Source: Selaginella moellendorffii
Lineage: Eukaryota; Plantae; Lycopodiophyta
Assembly (NCBI RefSeq): GCF_000143415.4
Contig: NW_003314411.1
Coordinates: forward strand, 214,540 to 278,539
Length of the DNA stretch: 64,000 nucleotides
Direction of reading: 5' to 3'
Below are positions 51,134-61,639 of the stretch, in pieces. Both the position numbers and the translations under genes were made by a program. The notes under the pieces were generated by a model, which was not told the origin of the DNA, ran no database searches, and saw only the letters and a program-made list of their open reading frames with translations. Within the stretch, counting starts at the first letter, position 1. Each line of letters starts with the position of its first letter.

Positions 51134-53047
51134 TGTGAGACACAAATCTTTAAGTCCCAAAGTGGAGCCGAAAGGGCGCCATGTGGTGGTGGCTGAAGTG
51201 GAAGCTAAACGAGCGTAACATGTTTGGAATAAAAGTTTCGACTTGAAAGGTTAAAAGTGGGAGTGGAACTCCCAACGAAGGGCTCAAGGAACAAGCATGA
51301 AGCGAGCAATAAGTGAGTCTCTAGAAAAGAGACACAAGAGGACCAACATATGACACATGGAAGTGTCTAAGAAGGAGTCCAAAATGAAGTTCGAGATGGA
51401 GTCCAAGATAAAGTCTGAGATGGACCCGAGATAGAGTCCAAGGTGGACCTGAGATGGGGTTTGAGATGGAGTCCGAGATAGACTTGAGATGGAGTCCACG
51501 GTGGACCCGAGATAGAGTCTAAGATGGAGTTCGAGATGGAGTTCGAGATAGATCTGAGATGGAGTTTGAGATGAACCTGAGATGGAGCTGAGATGGAGTC
51601 CAAGATGGACCCAAGATGGAGTCCGAGATGGACCTGAGATGGAGTCCGAAATGGACCCGAGATGGAATCCAAAATGGACCCGAGATAGAGTCCAAGATGG
51701 ACCCGAGATGGAGTCCGAGATGGACCCGAGATGGAATTTAAGATAGAGTCCGAGATGGACCCGAGATGGAGTCCAAAATGGACCCGAGATGGAGTCTAAG
51801 ATGGAGTCCGAGATGGACCTAAGATGGACTCAAGATGGAGTCCGAGATGGAACCAAAACCGAGACCGAGACTGAGTCTGAGTTCGAGTTCAAATACTAGT
51901 ACAAGCTGTTGGGTAAAAGCCCAAAGCGATCATCTCCCGAGGGGGGGCTGCAAAGGGTTCCAAAAGTACAATAGGGAGAGTGTGGGGGTTGTAGTGGAGC
52001 CAATTTAGCCAGGAAAGGCCAGTTTGGCCCAAGAAGGCCATACCCAATTGTTGGGTGATGGGATGACCATTGGGAAGTCTAAGGCTAGAGTGAATATAAA
52101 CTGACAAGCAGGGTAGCTTGATGAAATGTTTAAGAGTTGGCTCTAGTTCCCCTGGGAGATCGAATAGTCGATGCTCCCAGTCCAAGTATGGGTGGCACTA
52201 CCTACCCTAATACCTAGCGTGGCTCAACAAAACTTTACTCTAAGCCCATGGCTAGAGCACGCAAAGGCGGAAGGTGGGGAGAGTACCCACGAGGCTTGTG
52301 TAGGGCCACAGTGTTCCGAATTGTTGTCCCAAAGTCCTAGATTATGGAAAGGAAGAAGAACAGTCCTTTAGTGTAGTGACCAAGGATAAGGTCATGTGGT
52401 GAGGAAGTCCCAAAGGACCATGGGACTTAATGGTTGGGCCTATTGGCTTTGATCCAATGGCAGTGTTAGCAAACACAGTCATAAACAGAAAAGGACTTGA
52501 TGGGGACCGAAAAAGGGATATTGGGGAAGGCTATTCTTTATGTCTGCAGGCATCCTAAAGATAGTACAGAGTGGATCTAAGATGATCACTCATAGATGGA
52601 TGGCCTAGTCTTTGAAAGACGGGATTGTGATGCAGGTGGTGTTAGACCACCAATGTGACCAAGGTGAAGGGGCATGGCCTTAGCGTAATGGGCTAATATG
52701 TCGATGGTACTTTAGGGTGTTGGTCATGGGATTAAACACGTGGAGCACTTGGACCAAATGCAAAGGTTAAGTGGCATGAATGCCATTCTCGGGGATAGTA
52801 AGCCCCAAATCTGGAATAGGACTTATAGAGGTTGTGAATGAGATGGTTTTGTCCAACTTTTATTGGTGCTCAAATATATCACCACTTATGTTGGCATCAA
52901 AAGGTCCTATAAGTGGGAGTAGCATGTCGGGAGGACATAGCTCTCCACTACAGTTTATGTGTGAACTTGTAGGAAAGGTGGTGGATAAAAAAAGGCCAAT
53001 AATAGAACAATTTTGGGATTTTGGGAATAGTATAAAGTTTTCCTCAA
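51134..53047 (+). mobile_element. Family A LTR plus truncated internal sequence
   Basis: TGTGAGACAC start and the longest tandem array. A deletion joins it to the Copia RNase H tail (TKALSK.KF). Confidence 0.8.
51367..51890 (+). repeat. 11/12 bp minisatellite (GAGATGGAGTCC / GAGATGGACCC) inside family A LTR
   Basis: Also at ~14244-14520 and 40298-40675, and inverted at ~43135-43417, 50313-50583 and 59335-59690. Confidence 0.9.
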
Positions 53048-53130
53048 AAAGACAAAAGCTTTGAGCAAAAACAAATTTCAAAAACATCATGAAGATGTAA
53101 GTGTTATAGACTCTCACGGCTGAGTGGGAG

Positions 53131-53285
53131 TGTAAGTAACCAGCCTAGAGTCTAATCCAAGGTGGCAAGAGATTCATGTTGACGCTGAAATGAGCAGACA
53201 CAAGACTTATATATATTTACATGGAGAAAATGACAAAGTGGTAGTTAGGGGAAACAGAGTATGTCATTTAACTAGAAAACTAACA
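53131..53285 (+). repeat. Copia 3' LTR
   Basis: TG...CA; preceded by the PPT and followed by TSD AATTC. Confidence 0.95.
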
Positions 53286-53580
53286 AATTCGTGTTGCTGC
53301 TGGATCCGTCTCGAAAGTGGCCATTAGTGTCTGTCGAGTGGGGTCGTTGTATTGTGTTTTGATAAGCTTCTTCTGCTGTTTCTTGTGGCTCTTTTTTACT
53401 TTGTTTGCATTCGCTACTGGTGCGAAGTCCAACATAAACAGCCAAGTGTCCGAGGGCAACCCGAATCGTTTTGTCCTAGAGGCAGACTGCAAACAAAACG
53501 CTGAGAAGGCAACGCATAAGCCCACGTTGGAAGGTTTGACAGAGCCTCTTCTTGGAAATGGTGGCGTCGTGGTGGCATAA
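53286..53580 (+). pseudogene. DUF21/CBS pseudogene, last two exons (copy 2)
   Basis: Matches 266-571. The donor is mutated (ttgATAAG) and the acceptor is deleted. Confidence 0.9.
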
Positions 53581-53631
53581 AAAGTTGGTTTTTGTTTTTC
53601 GCCCAGAGTTACAATCTGGACTTTTTGCAGC

Positions 53632-54802
53632 TTAGGAAGTCTGATACAAGCAGTCGACGAGGAGGCTTGGATGGATGCCTCGAATGGAGCACGGCGTGAT
53701 TGTTCACAACCATGACATCTCCTGGCTTCCACTTGTGAGGTACTTGGTGGTCGTTCATAAATGCAAGCGAGGCTTTAAGAGCGTCTAGTGGAAGCGGTGT
53801 TCCATCGCCATATTCCAAATGCCGGAGGTTTGGAGTGGTGGGATTGGAAGTGCCAATGTTGTTGAACCACGTCTTTGAGTTTTCCTTGAGCTGCTTGATC
53901 GCTGGGCGGGGCCCGTGGTAGACTTTCACTCGTCCGTCGTCTAACCATTGTAGTTTCTTTGACAACTTGGAAGCTCTGCAGGGAAATCCGGGATAAGAAA
54001 CTTTGGTGCTCGACGATCGAGAGCAAGAGAAGCAAAAAAAGAGATCGCTACTTACTTGAGCTCCGCCTGGGATCGATCGTCCGTGCCAAACTTCTCCTTC
54101 CACTCGTTCTCGGCGAGAAAGTTGTAGTAGACGAGGCCTTTCTCCTCGAGGTTCCGTACGAACTCGGGGTAGTCGCGGGCCATGGCGTCGTATACGGTAC
54201 GGCCTTGTACGATCCCCGTCTCGCCTCCCTCCGGTGGAGCGATCTCGCAGAAGAACATCACCACGTCGGGATAATCCGGCAGCTGTGGAGAGAAACAACA
54301 CAAAGATCGTGAGTTGCGTGGGCAATTCATGAAGAGAAGCGGGAATCTTCGCGATCGGGAGGAAATCGTGAAGAGAAATCGTGAGAAATCGCGAAGAAAT
54401 CGTGAAAATCCGTGAGGAGGAGGGAGGGATACAACTCACATAGGCCATCTCGTTGTGGAATCCAATGCGAATTTCCAGCGGCAGCTCGTTGGCAGTGAAG
54501 ACCGGGCGACGATATACGTCCTGGTCGCCGCGCCCGCCTCGTATCCCATGCTCTTGTATCCAAACGCCTCCATCACCGTCGCGAAATCCTCGGCATTCTT
54601 GGGAAGCCCCGGAAGAGAATCGCGCGCTGCTGTCGAGAAGGGATTCCAGACCGGGCTTGTTCTTCCGGATCGCCGCTGCCAGGGCTTCCAGCGCGGGATG
54701 ATCGCTGCCGGGAACTAAAACCTGTGGAAATGAAGGATTGGAGTGATTTGCAGCAGGTGGATCAGTCACAAACTCCGCCACGGCCGCCAATAGATCCGCC
54801 CT
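53632..54802 (-). pseudogene. Clavaminate synthase-like pseudogene (copy 2)
   Basis: ATG changed to AGG, frameshifting deletions in exon 1, and a deletion near the stop. Confidence 0.9.
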
Positions 54803-54926
54803 ATCTAAGCTCTTATCTTAGTCAATAACAATACTGACATGTCAGCCACAAGCAAATAGTTACACGTGTCTTTCCAGCTATCGGTAGCTACCTGTGGGGT
54901 TTATTGCGCTAATTCGCGGAAACATC

Positions 54927-56694
54927 GGCGCAAGATGAGGAACTCGCGAACGCGAGACAGCGCAGAAGGAAATTCGCTTCTCCCCAGCGATTGAAGAGGA
55001 TCTTGGCGACCTGGAGCCCTCCCAAGAAGATCGCGACGCTCGAGCAGCTATTGTCGCCTCGTTCGGCAGCTTTGTCAAGCAGACTTTATCTGGTGAGTGT
55101 CTCTCATAAAAATGCGTGATTTTTCTCTCCAGCTGTTCTCTTCTCTTTCTTTTCGTTAGAAGATGATCTTTTTTCTTTTCTTTTTTCTCTCCCCAGGCTC
55201 GTCCGTCGTTGCACCTTTTGGATCATATGTAACCAACACATTCACTTGCGACAGCGATCTCGATCTATCGCTTTACTTGAATCGTATGAACCCTCTTTCC
55301 CGAGAAGAAAAACTCTACTTTTTGAAAAGGGTCACGACCAGTTTGCAAGCAATGCATGGTAAGCGTAAAGCTAATATTAAAGTCTTTCATTCATTCTTAC
55401 TCGTTTTCTTATTGGCTGGCAGCACGGTATGATCAAATACAGCCCATTTACAAGGCTACTGTTCCTGTGGTGAAGTTCGTGGACCGTAAAACTGGAATAC
55501 AGTGTGATCTCTCTGTAGACAACAAAGATGGTGCATCAAAATCGTTGGTACTAGCCGCTCTATCTTCAATCGACAAGCGCTTTCGCCCACTCTGTCTACT
55601 GGTACCAGAAGTGTTGAATGTCAGTCGTTTTCTGAGATGTTCCGTTCCAGCTGAAAAAATGGGCCAAATCTCACGAGATCAACGATGCTAGCGCTGGTAC
55701 CTTGAGTTCGTATGTCATCACACTTTTGGCCATATTTCACCTTCAGGTCAGGTTGCCTAGGGAGTTGTTTTGGAGTGCTTTTTGACATGCGTACTTTGCA
55801 GACATGCTCCCCTCCAGTTCTCCCGCCATTGTCTATGATTATTGGAGGTTTTCGCCACTCTTTAACTTTTATATTATTGTTGAGTGCTCTTTAGCAAGGT
55901 TTTGTCCTCGTCACAGATCTCCGTCCTCGTTTTCTCTTCTCTCATATATTGTTGGTTTGATGAGATTCGTTAGTATTTTCTCATTACTCGGCTTGCTTTT
56001 TGCAGGACTGGACCTACGTGATGCTTCCTATTGCAGCGGGTTTATAAGTGCCCGCGCCAAAGCTTTTCAGGGCTTTGGTGCTCGCAACATGGACAGAATC
56101 TCCGAGCTCTTTAGGACCTTCTTTGTAAAGGTGTTGGACTCAGTTCTAATTTGTGTGTGTTCTCACTCAGTTTTCCAATGCGTAGATCACCGCTGTCAAG
56201 CCACTCTGGCAGGAAGGACTCTGTGCGAGTACTTACCATGCACAGTGGATCTCAAAGTGGCCAAGCTTTCACAATGGTTGCATTTGCGTAAGTTTCGCCT
56301 TCCGCAACTCCTGATGACGTTCGCTTATGTTTTTCAGGTGGAGGATTTTTATGATCCGTCACGGAATGCTGCCAAAGGCGTGACACCCAAGGACTTCGAG
56401 TGCATCTACCAGGGCCTGGAGAACTCGGTAGATGCGTTCCGAAGGCCACCACGGATATGGAATCGTTCAAGAAGATGATCGTCGGCGATGGATGTATGCC
56501 GAAGGTTACTCCACCACCACGGCCTGAGCCACGATTCCCAGACCCGCGCGACATTTGTCCCAGCCTCGCAGTGCCTCTCCTCCTCCAAGGCCGACCTCAC
56601 AGGCCTGCATCGGGACCTCCAAACCGCCGGTTCTGTGAGTATTTGCTCTTCACTAGCTTCTAGTTGTTTGCTCACCATCCATGGATTTACAGAG
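54927..56694 (+). pseudogene. HESO1-like pseudogene (copy 2)
   Basis: About 280 bp deletion (equivalent to 1981-2259) removes the start exon. Also a 10 bp deletion in the next exon and a 1 bp frameshift near 56448. Confidence 0.88.
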
Positions 56695-56909
56695 AAACTG
56701 AGGAAACGCAATCAAATTAATTCGTCCGAGTGTCAAAGGCGAGCTTTAAAGTTAAGGTAAATTATTGTTTCCAGGGAACTGCTCGGAGCACAAAGTGCTC
56801 TGGAAGTTCTTCATTATAATTTATCTCTTCCATCTCATGTTTGATTGTTGGTCACTTGCAAAGAAAATAGCTTTCATTCATCTAGTATCACTGCATCAAA
56901 GAGATTCTA

Positions 56910-57626
56910 TTACACCGCTCCAGCCATTCTTGCTGATAGTTCTTGGTCCATCATTTTGATGATAAACTGTTGCAGCTTAAACAGATCAAACTCGATATAG
57001 TAGTCACCCTTGACATCTCCAGTGAAGTGAGACATGGGAAACTTGATCACAAAGCCCTCGCTGGCCTTGCAAAACTCCGGCCCAAACATGATCTCCCTCA
57101 TGTCACGGCTGCCTTCCTCCTTGGCGAGAAACGTGAATTGGCAGTCGCTCGTAACTTTGACACCGATCACCTTGTAACCAGACTGCTCCCACGTCTCCAC
57201 CACCTCCCGCAATGTCCCGATCGTCTCGTTCCTGTACGCCACTTCGACCACAGCCCTCGCTCTCACCATGTCCAAGTTGGAGAAATAGCACTGATCCGGT
57301 TCCTTGTCACCCGTCACTGTTGGAAGGCGCGAAGCTCTGGCGGGCGTGATCACGTCTAAACACTCGTCCACGCCAGGAAGAGTGCAAATCTGCGAGAGGA
57401 TGCGAGTGTTGAACCATTGCGAGACGGTCTCGTGAACGATGGAAGGGTCCCCGTGCATCCACACATCGCCTTTCTTGTATTGCAATCTCCAGTGGCACTC
57501 CAAGCCATGCATCCAAGCATCATAAATTGCCCATGGTACCTGTTGGGCAACGAGGAATGGCCCCTCCTTGTCTCCCTCTTCATATGTGGCAATGGCCTCC
57601 CTCAACCCCGCATCCAAGGACTCCAT
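56910..57626 (-). CDS. Uma2/DUF820-like endonuclease-fold protein (238 aa), copy 2
   Basis: Open ORF with only an in-frame 3 bp deletion; PD and EVA motifs intact. Confidence 0.7.
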   Translation of the reverse strand: MESLDAGLREAIATYEEGDKEGPFLVAQQVPWAIYDAWMHGLECHWRLQYKKGDVWMHGDPSIVHETVSQWFNTRILSQICTLPGVDECLDVITPARASRLPTVTGDKEPDQCYFSNLDMVRARAVVEVAYRNETIGTLREVVETWEQSGYKVIGVKVTSDCQFTFLAKEEGSRDMREIMFGPEFCKASEGFVIKFPMSHFTGDVKGDYYIEFDLFKLQQFIIKMMDQELSARMAGAV

Positions 57627-57661
57627 ACACCAGAAAAAAAAAAGGAAACACTCGTCAGAGA

Positions 57662-57671
57662 TTTAGGGTTT
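57662..57671 (-). promoter_or_regulatory. Telo-box (AAACCCTAAA) upstream of nuclease copy 2
   Basis: tttagggttt lies 35 nt upstream of the ATG. Confidence 0.45.
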
Positions 57672-57689
57672 ATCGATCAAACAATTTAA

Positions 57690-58360
57690 ACAGGTATAGG
57701 GTCTTTTTGGTGCTTTTTGGTTTGTCAAATCCACCTACTCCACTCTAATTGAAGGAGGCCACTAAAGTAGGTTAATGGTTCTTCAAGGATGTGGTTTTCT
57801 AGTATTGGGCACCAACAAAAGTCTTATCAAATAACAATAAAAACTTTGCTAGTGAGTTTGTGGCCAACTTAAAGATAGAAAGGATCTAGCACCAAATTAC
57901 TTTAGCTTACTGGCCCAAGGCAAATGGATTGGCTGAAAATTTTGCTAGAACACTCGCTAAAGCCATCAAGTCCCAAATATAGGGAAATAATGTTGAGAAC
58001 TAGGACTCCTTATGCTTGCTAATGTAAAAATTGACAAGGTAGGAGAGCATTAGGATGAGTTCACAAGAAGCTCTCCTTGGATACCCCATGACTCTACTTG
58101 TAGAATTTAGTGGGGATACACAACTTTTGTTGGGAAATATTGACAAAAATCTAGACTAAAATAACTTGGCATATGAGAGTAAGTTGATCCAAGACAATGG
58201 TCAAAGGAACATATAAGCAGTTCAGTAAATCTAGGTTAAGAGGTATGCTCAAAGGCATTATAATCTAGATATAAAAGCAGCATCATTTAGTGTGGATGAG
58301 ATGGTGTATGCTTAGGACAAGAACATAAGGTTGACTCATCTTGACACCTTGATTCTATAG
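57690..58360 (+). mobile_element. Decayed Gypsy integrase fragment
   Basis: AYWPKANGLAENF.RTL motif with stops. Confidence 0.6.
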
Positions 58361-58369
58361 GAGGCACCA

Positions 58370-60123
58370 ATTCTACTTTAGTCACTTAACCATATTTTCA
58401 ACTATATGGAAGAGTCTCACTCACAATCTCCATAAGTTCTATTATGGACTTGGGGACTTGCTAGCCCCAAGAATAACATCCATGCCATTTAACTTTTGCA
58501 CTTGGTCTAAGTGCTCCACATGTTCGATCCCATGATCAACACCTTAAGGTACCACCAATATATCAGCCCATTATACTAATGCCACCTTTGTTACCATAGT
58601 GGTTCAACACCACTTGCATTACAGTTTCATCTCCTAAAGATTGGGTTATCTGTCCATGAGTGATCATCCTAAATCCACTCCTTAGCATCTTTAGGAAGCC
58701 CATAGATATGGGGAACAATTTTCCCCAATATCTTTTTTTCAGTCCTCACTAACTCCCTTTCCATCCATAAACGTGTTCGCCAACATTGCTACTGAGTCAG
58801 GGCTCAAAGGCTTAACCACTATGTTTTCTTGACTTTTGGGACTTCTTTGCCACATAACTACATCTTTGGTCACCACATAAGAGGATTGCTCCTTTTTCTT
58901 TCCATAATCTAGGACTTTGAGATGACATTTCAAAACACTATAGCTCTATGTGAGCCTCATAGGTATTCTTCCCACCTTTTGCATTTGGGTGCCCTAGCCA
59001 TATGGCTAGAGTGAGGTTTCGATAAACCATGCCAGATATCCAAGTAGGTAGTGCCACCCACACTTGGATTGAGAGCATTGACCATTTGATTTCCTGGGGG
59101 AACTAGAGTTAACTCTTGAACACTTCACCAAGTTACTCCATTTGTCTGTTTATATTCACTCTAGCCTTGAACTCCTCAACAAATATATCATCACCCAACA
59201 AGTGGGTATAGCCTTCTTTGGTCACACTAGCCTTTTCTGGCCAAACTAGCTCTACTAAAGTTGTCCCCCTATTATACCTTTGGTGTTCACCAAACCTGTT
59301 AGGGTCTTGGAAACGAACACTTTGGGCTTTCACCCTCAGACTCGAACTCAAACTCGGATTCGGACTCAAACTCAGACTCAGACTCAAACTCGGACTCAGT
59401 CTTAGTCTCGGTCTTGGTCTCGGTCTCTTTCTTGGCCATGACCTTGGACTCTATTTTAGGTCCATCTCAAACTCCATTTCTAGTCCATCTCGAACTCTAT
59501 CTCAAACTCCATTTTGGATCCATCTTGAACTCCATCTCAAACTCCATCTCGAGTCCATCTTAGGTCCATATCGGAATACATCTTAGGTCTATATTGGACT
59601 CCATATCGAGTCCATTTTGGACTCCTTCTCAGACTCCATTTCAAACTCCACCTCTAGTGCAACTCAGACTCCTTGTTAGACTCCATCTTGACGCTTCTAC
59701 GTGTCATGTATTGGTCCTTTTATGTCCCTTTTCTAGAGACTCACTTATGTAAACAACCAAAGGGAACGACTCGAAAGACAATCCATAAGGGTTTAAATAT
59801 AGAGGGAAAGGGCCTATGAATAAGAGTGCACCCCTTTTTCCAATTGGTTAAAAGTCTTGGGATATTTGGGGTTAAGTGTTTTTGGGTGTGAATAGTACTG
59901 GGCTGGGTGACCTCTCAGGAAGTTTAAACTCAAGAGCTTACAACTTACTATTTGTGTTGTGCTATCTCCTCGAGCATTTTATTGGGAGTTTTACTCCCAC
60001 TCTTGACTATCTAAGTTGAGGCTTTTAGCCCAAATATGTTATGCTTGTTTGGCTTCTACTTTAGCCACTACTATGTGGCCCCCTTTCAACTCCACTTTGA
60101 GGCTTAGGGATTTATGTTTCACA
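58370..60123 (-). mobile_element. Family A LTR (solo or near-solo)
   Basis: Reverse complement of the A LTR including the minisatellite; ends ...tgtttcaca. Confidence 0.8.
59748..59942 (+). mobile_element. Solo 5S-rRNA-bearing (Cassandra-like) LTR, 195 bp
   Basis: TGTAA...TTACA ends, TSD ACTTA (59743-47 / 59943-47), 5S-like segment at 59871-59923. Confidence 0.85.
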
Positions 60124-60367
60124 AAATGTTCTTGAGTTTGAATAGTACTAGGTTGTATGACCTACTCAGAGAAGTCTCAAGTCCATCTTTGTTAGTTAGC
60201 TAAGAAAATCACATCATATATTAAAATTAACATTTGGCAGATTCAATTTGCCTTTGACTAGGTTTGACCCAAAGGTTAGGGTGTTAAGAGAGTGGGGCTT
60301 TTGGAAGAGTTGTGGCTCTTAACTTTTATTTATGAAGGTGTGAATTTGCAAAAAAGCATGATAGATT

Positions 60368-60560
60368 GTAAAGAATTAAAAGGAACAAGTTTAAAGGCAA
60401 TCTATAAAGGTTTAAATATACAAGGAAAAGGTTTATAAACAAGAGTGCACACATTTTTCCAATTGATTAATAATTTGGAATACTTAAGTTAAGTGTTTTA
60501 GGTTTGAATAATACTAGGTTGGGTGACCTCCCGAGAAGTCCAAACTTTGGATTTTAAACT
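60368..60560 (+). mobile_element. Cassandra-like LTR copy (further fragment at ~60125-60180)
   Basis: gttaagtg...tactaggttgggtgacctcccgagaagtcc. Confidence 0.7.
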
Positions 60561-60719
60561 TAGGAATTTATAAAGAGTAAAAAATGATAGATATGCTAGG
60601 AGATAAAGAACTAAAAGTGATCAATGTGTCAAGAGAAGGAAATATTGTTTGGAAATCCAAACTCAGAAGCTTACAAAAAATAAATTTTGATCTATGTGCC
60701 AAAAAAAAGAAATATTGCA

Positions 60720-61560
60720 AATAAGGAAAGAACATTAGAAATATGAGAAGATGGGTTAGATTGAGAAATAAAAAAATGTTGGGAAAGAGTAGAAGGTAAA
60801 GAAAAAGGATTAGGTAGATAAAAAAAAAGGATCAAATGGTAGATTAAAAGATTAATACTTACCCTAACTCATTTCTAAAATTATCTTTATAATAATCAAA
60901 TTCCTCATCACAATCTAGAATCCATTAAGCTGTTTTCCCATAAATTTAATCTTTGAACATTCTCCAAGAATTAAATTATATCATCTATAACTCACCAATC
61001 AAGAACATTGAGAAAAATAAGTTATATAATCACATTCTATAGAAGTTGGAGATAGCAACACACTAAAGATGGGTACAATATTAATATGATCACACCCCAT
61101 AACACCATAGGACCAAAAGCTTAATTTAATGAAGTAGTATCAATAGCCTCAAATGATATATTCCTTGATTGATGTCGGTGTGGTATGGTAAAAGAAGATA
61201 ATACAATGAAGATCAGAAGAATAAACAGATCTAAGCACAGTGATAGCTAGAATTTCAAATTTTGCAAAAAGTTAATACATATCTAGATGTAGAAGAAATA
61301 AAAATAAAAAACATGATCCTAAACACTAGAGCAAAGAAAACTTTACCCTTTAAGGATAAGTTTAACTCAGAGACAAATTTAAGTGCCCCTCATCTCCACC
61401 AATGTGAGTGCTCAGGATATAGAAATAAGTATATTAATTGGGTTTAGACCCTTGCTTATAAACAAAAATGGATAGACCAAAGTTTGTTTTAAATTGATGA
61501 TCCATATATTATAATATTATAATTAATGTATTACCTAGCTAAGATTGTAAGTTTGTAAAT
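60720..61560 (-). mobile_element. Family-B-related element 5' end (LTR from 61403; PBS TGGTGGAGATGAGGGGCA, tRNA-Ala type); homologous to ~7680-8580 and 5975-6090
   Basis: Shared gtatattaattgggtttagac motif and collinear internal sequence. Confidence 0.65.
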
Positions 61561-61639
61561 ACATGTATGTATATATATGTATTACCTTACCTAAGTAATA
61601 CATTAATTATAATACTAAAGCATATGGACTGTCTATTGG

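Larger units (their letters stand above)
31036..53285 (+). mobile_element. Ty1/Copia LTR retrotransposon (degenerate), expanded to 22.25 kb by nested insertions
   Basis: 155 bp LTRs at 31036-31190 and 53131-53285; TSD AATTC (31031-35 / 53286-90); PBS TGGTATCGGAGC 31191-31202; PPT gagtgggag. Domain order gag-PR(WLDT)-INT(LWHERLGH, LVHTDVCGP)-RT(DIKTAFLYG, LYGLKQSPRAW)-RH. Confidence 0.96.

Noticed and set aside
53609-54790. 393 aa ORF, the longest in the track
   Set aside because: Artefact of frameshifts and read-through introns in the dioxygenase pseudogene.
53286-57627. Second gene block as an uncollapsed allelic haplotype
   Set aside because: Many independent inactivating lesions, different flanks and a Copia insertion with diverged LTRs favour a true older duplication, though long reads are needed to exclude misassembly.
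59871-59923. Functional 5S rRNA gene
   Set aside because: Only the 3' half is present, it is diverged, and it lies within an LTR with a TSD.
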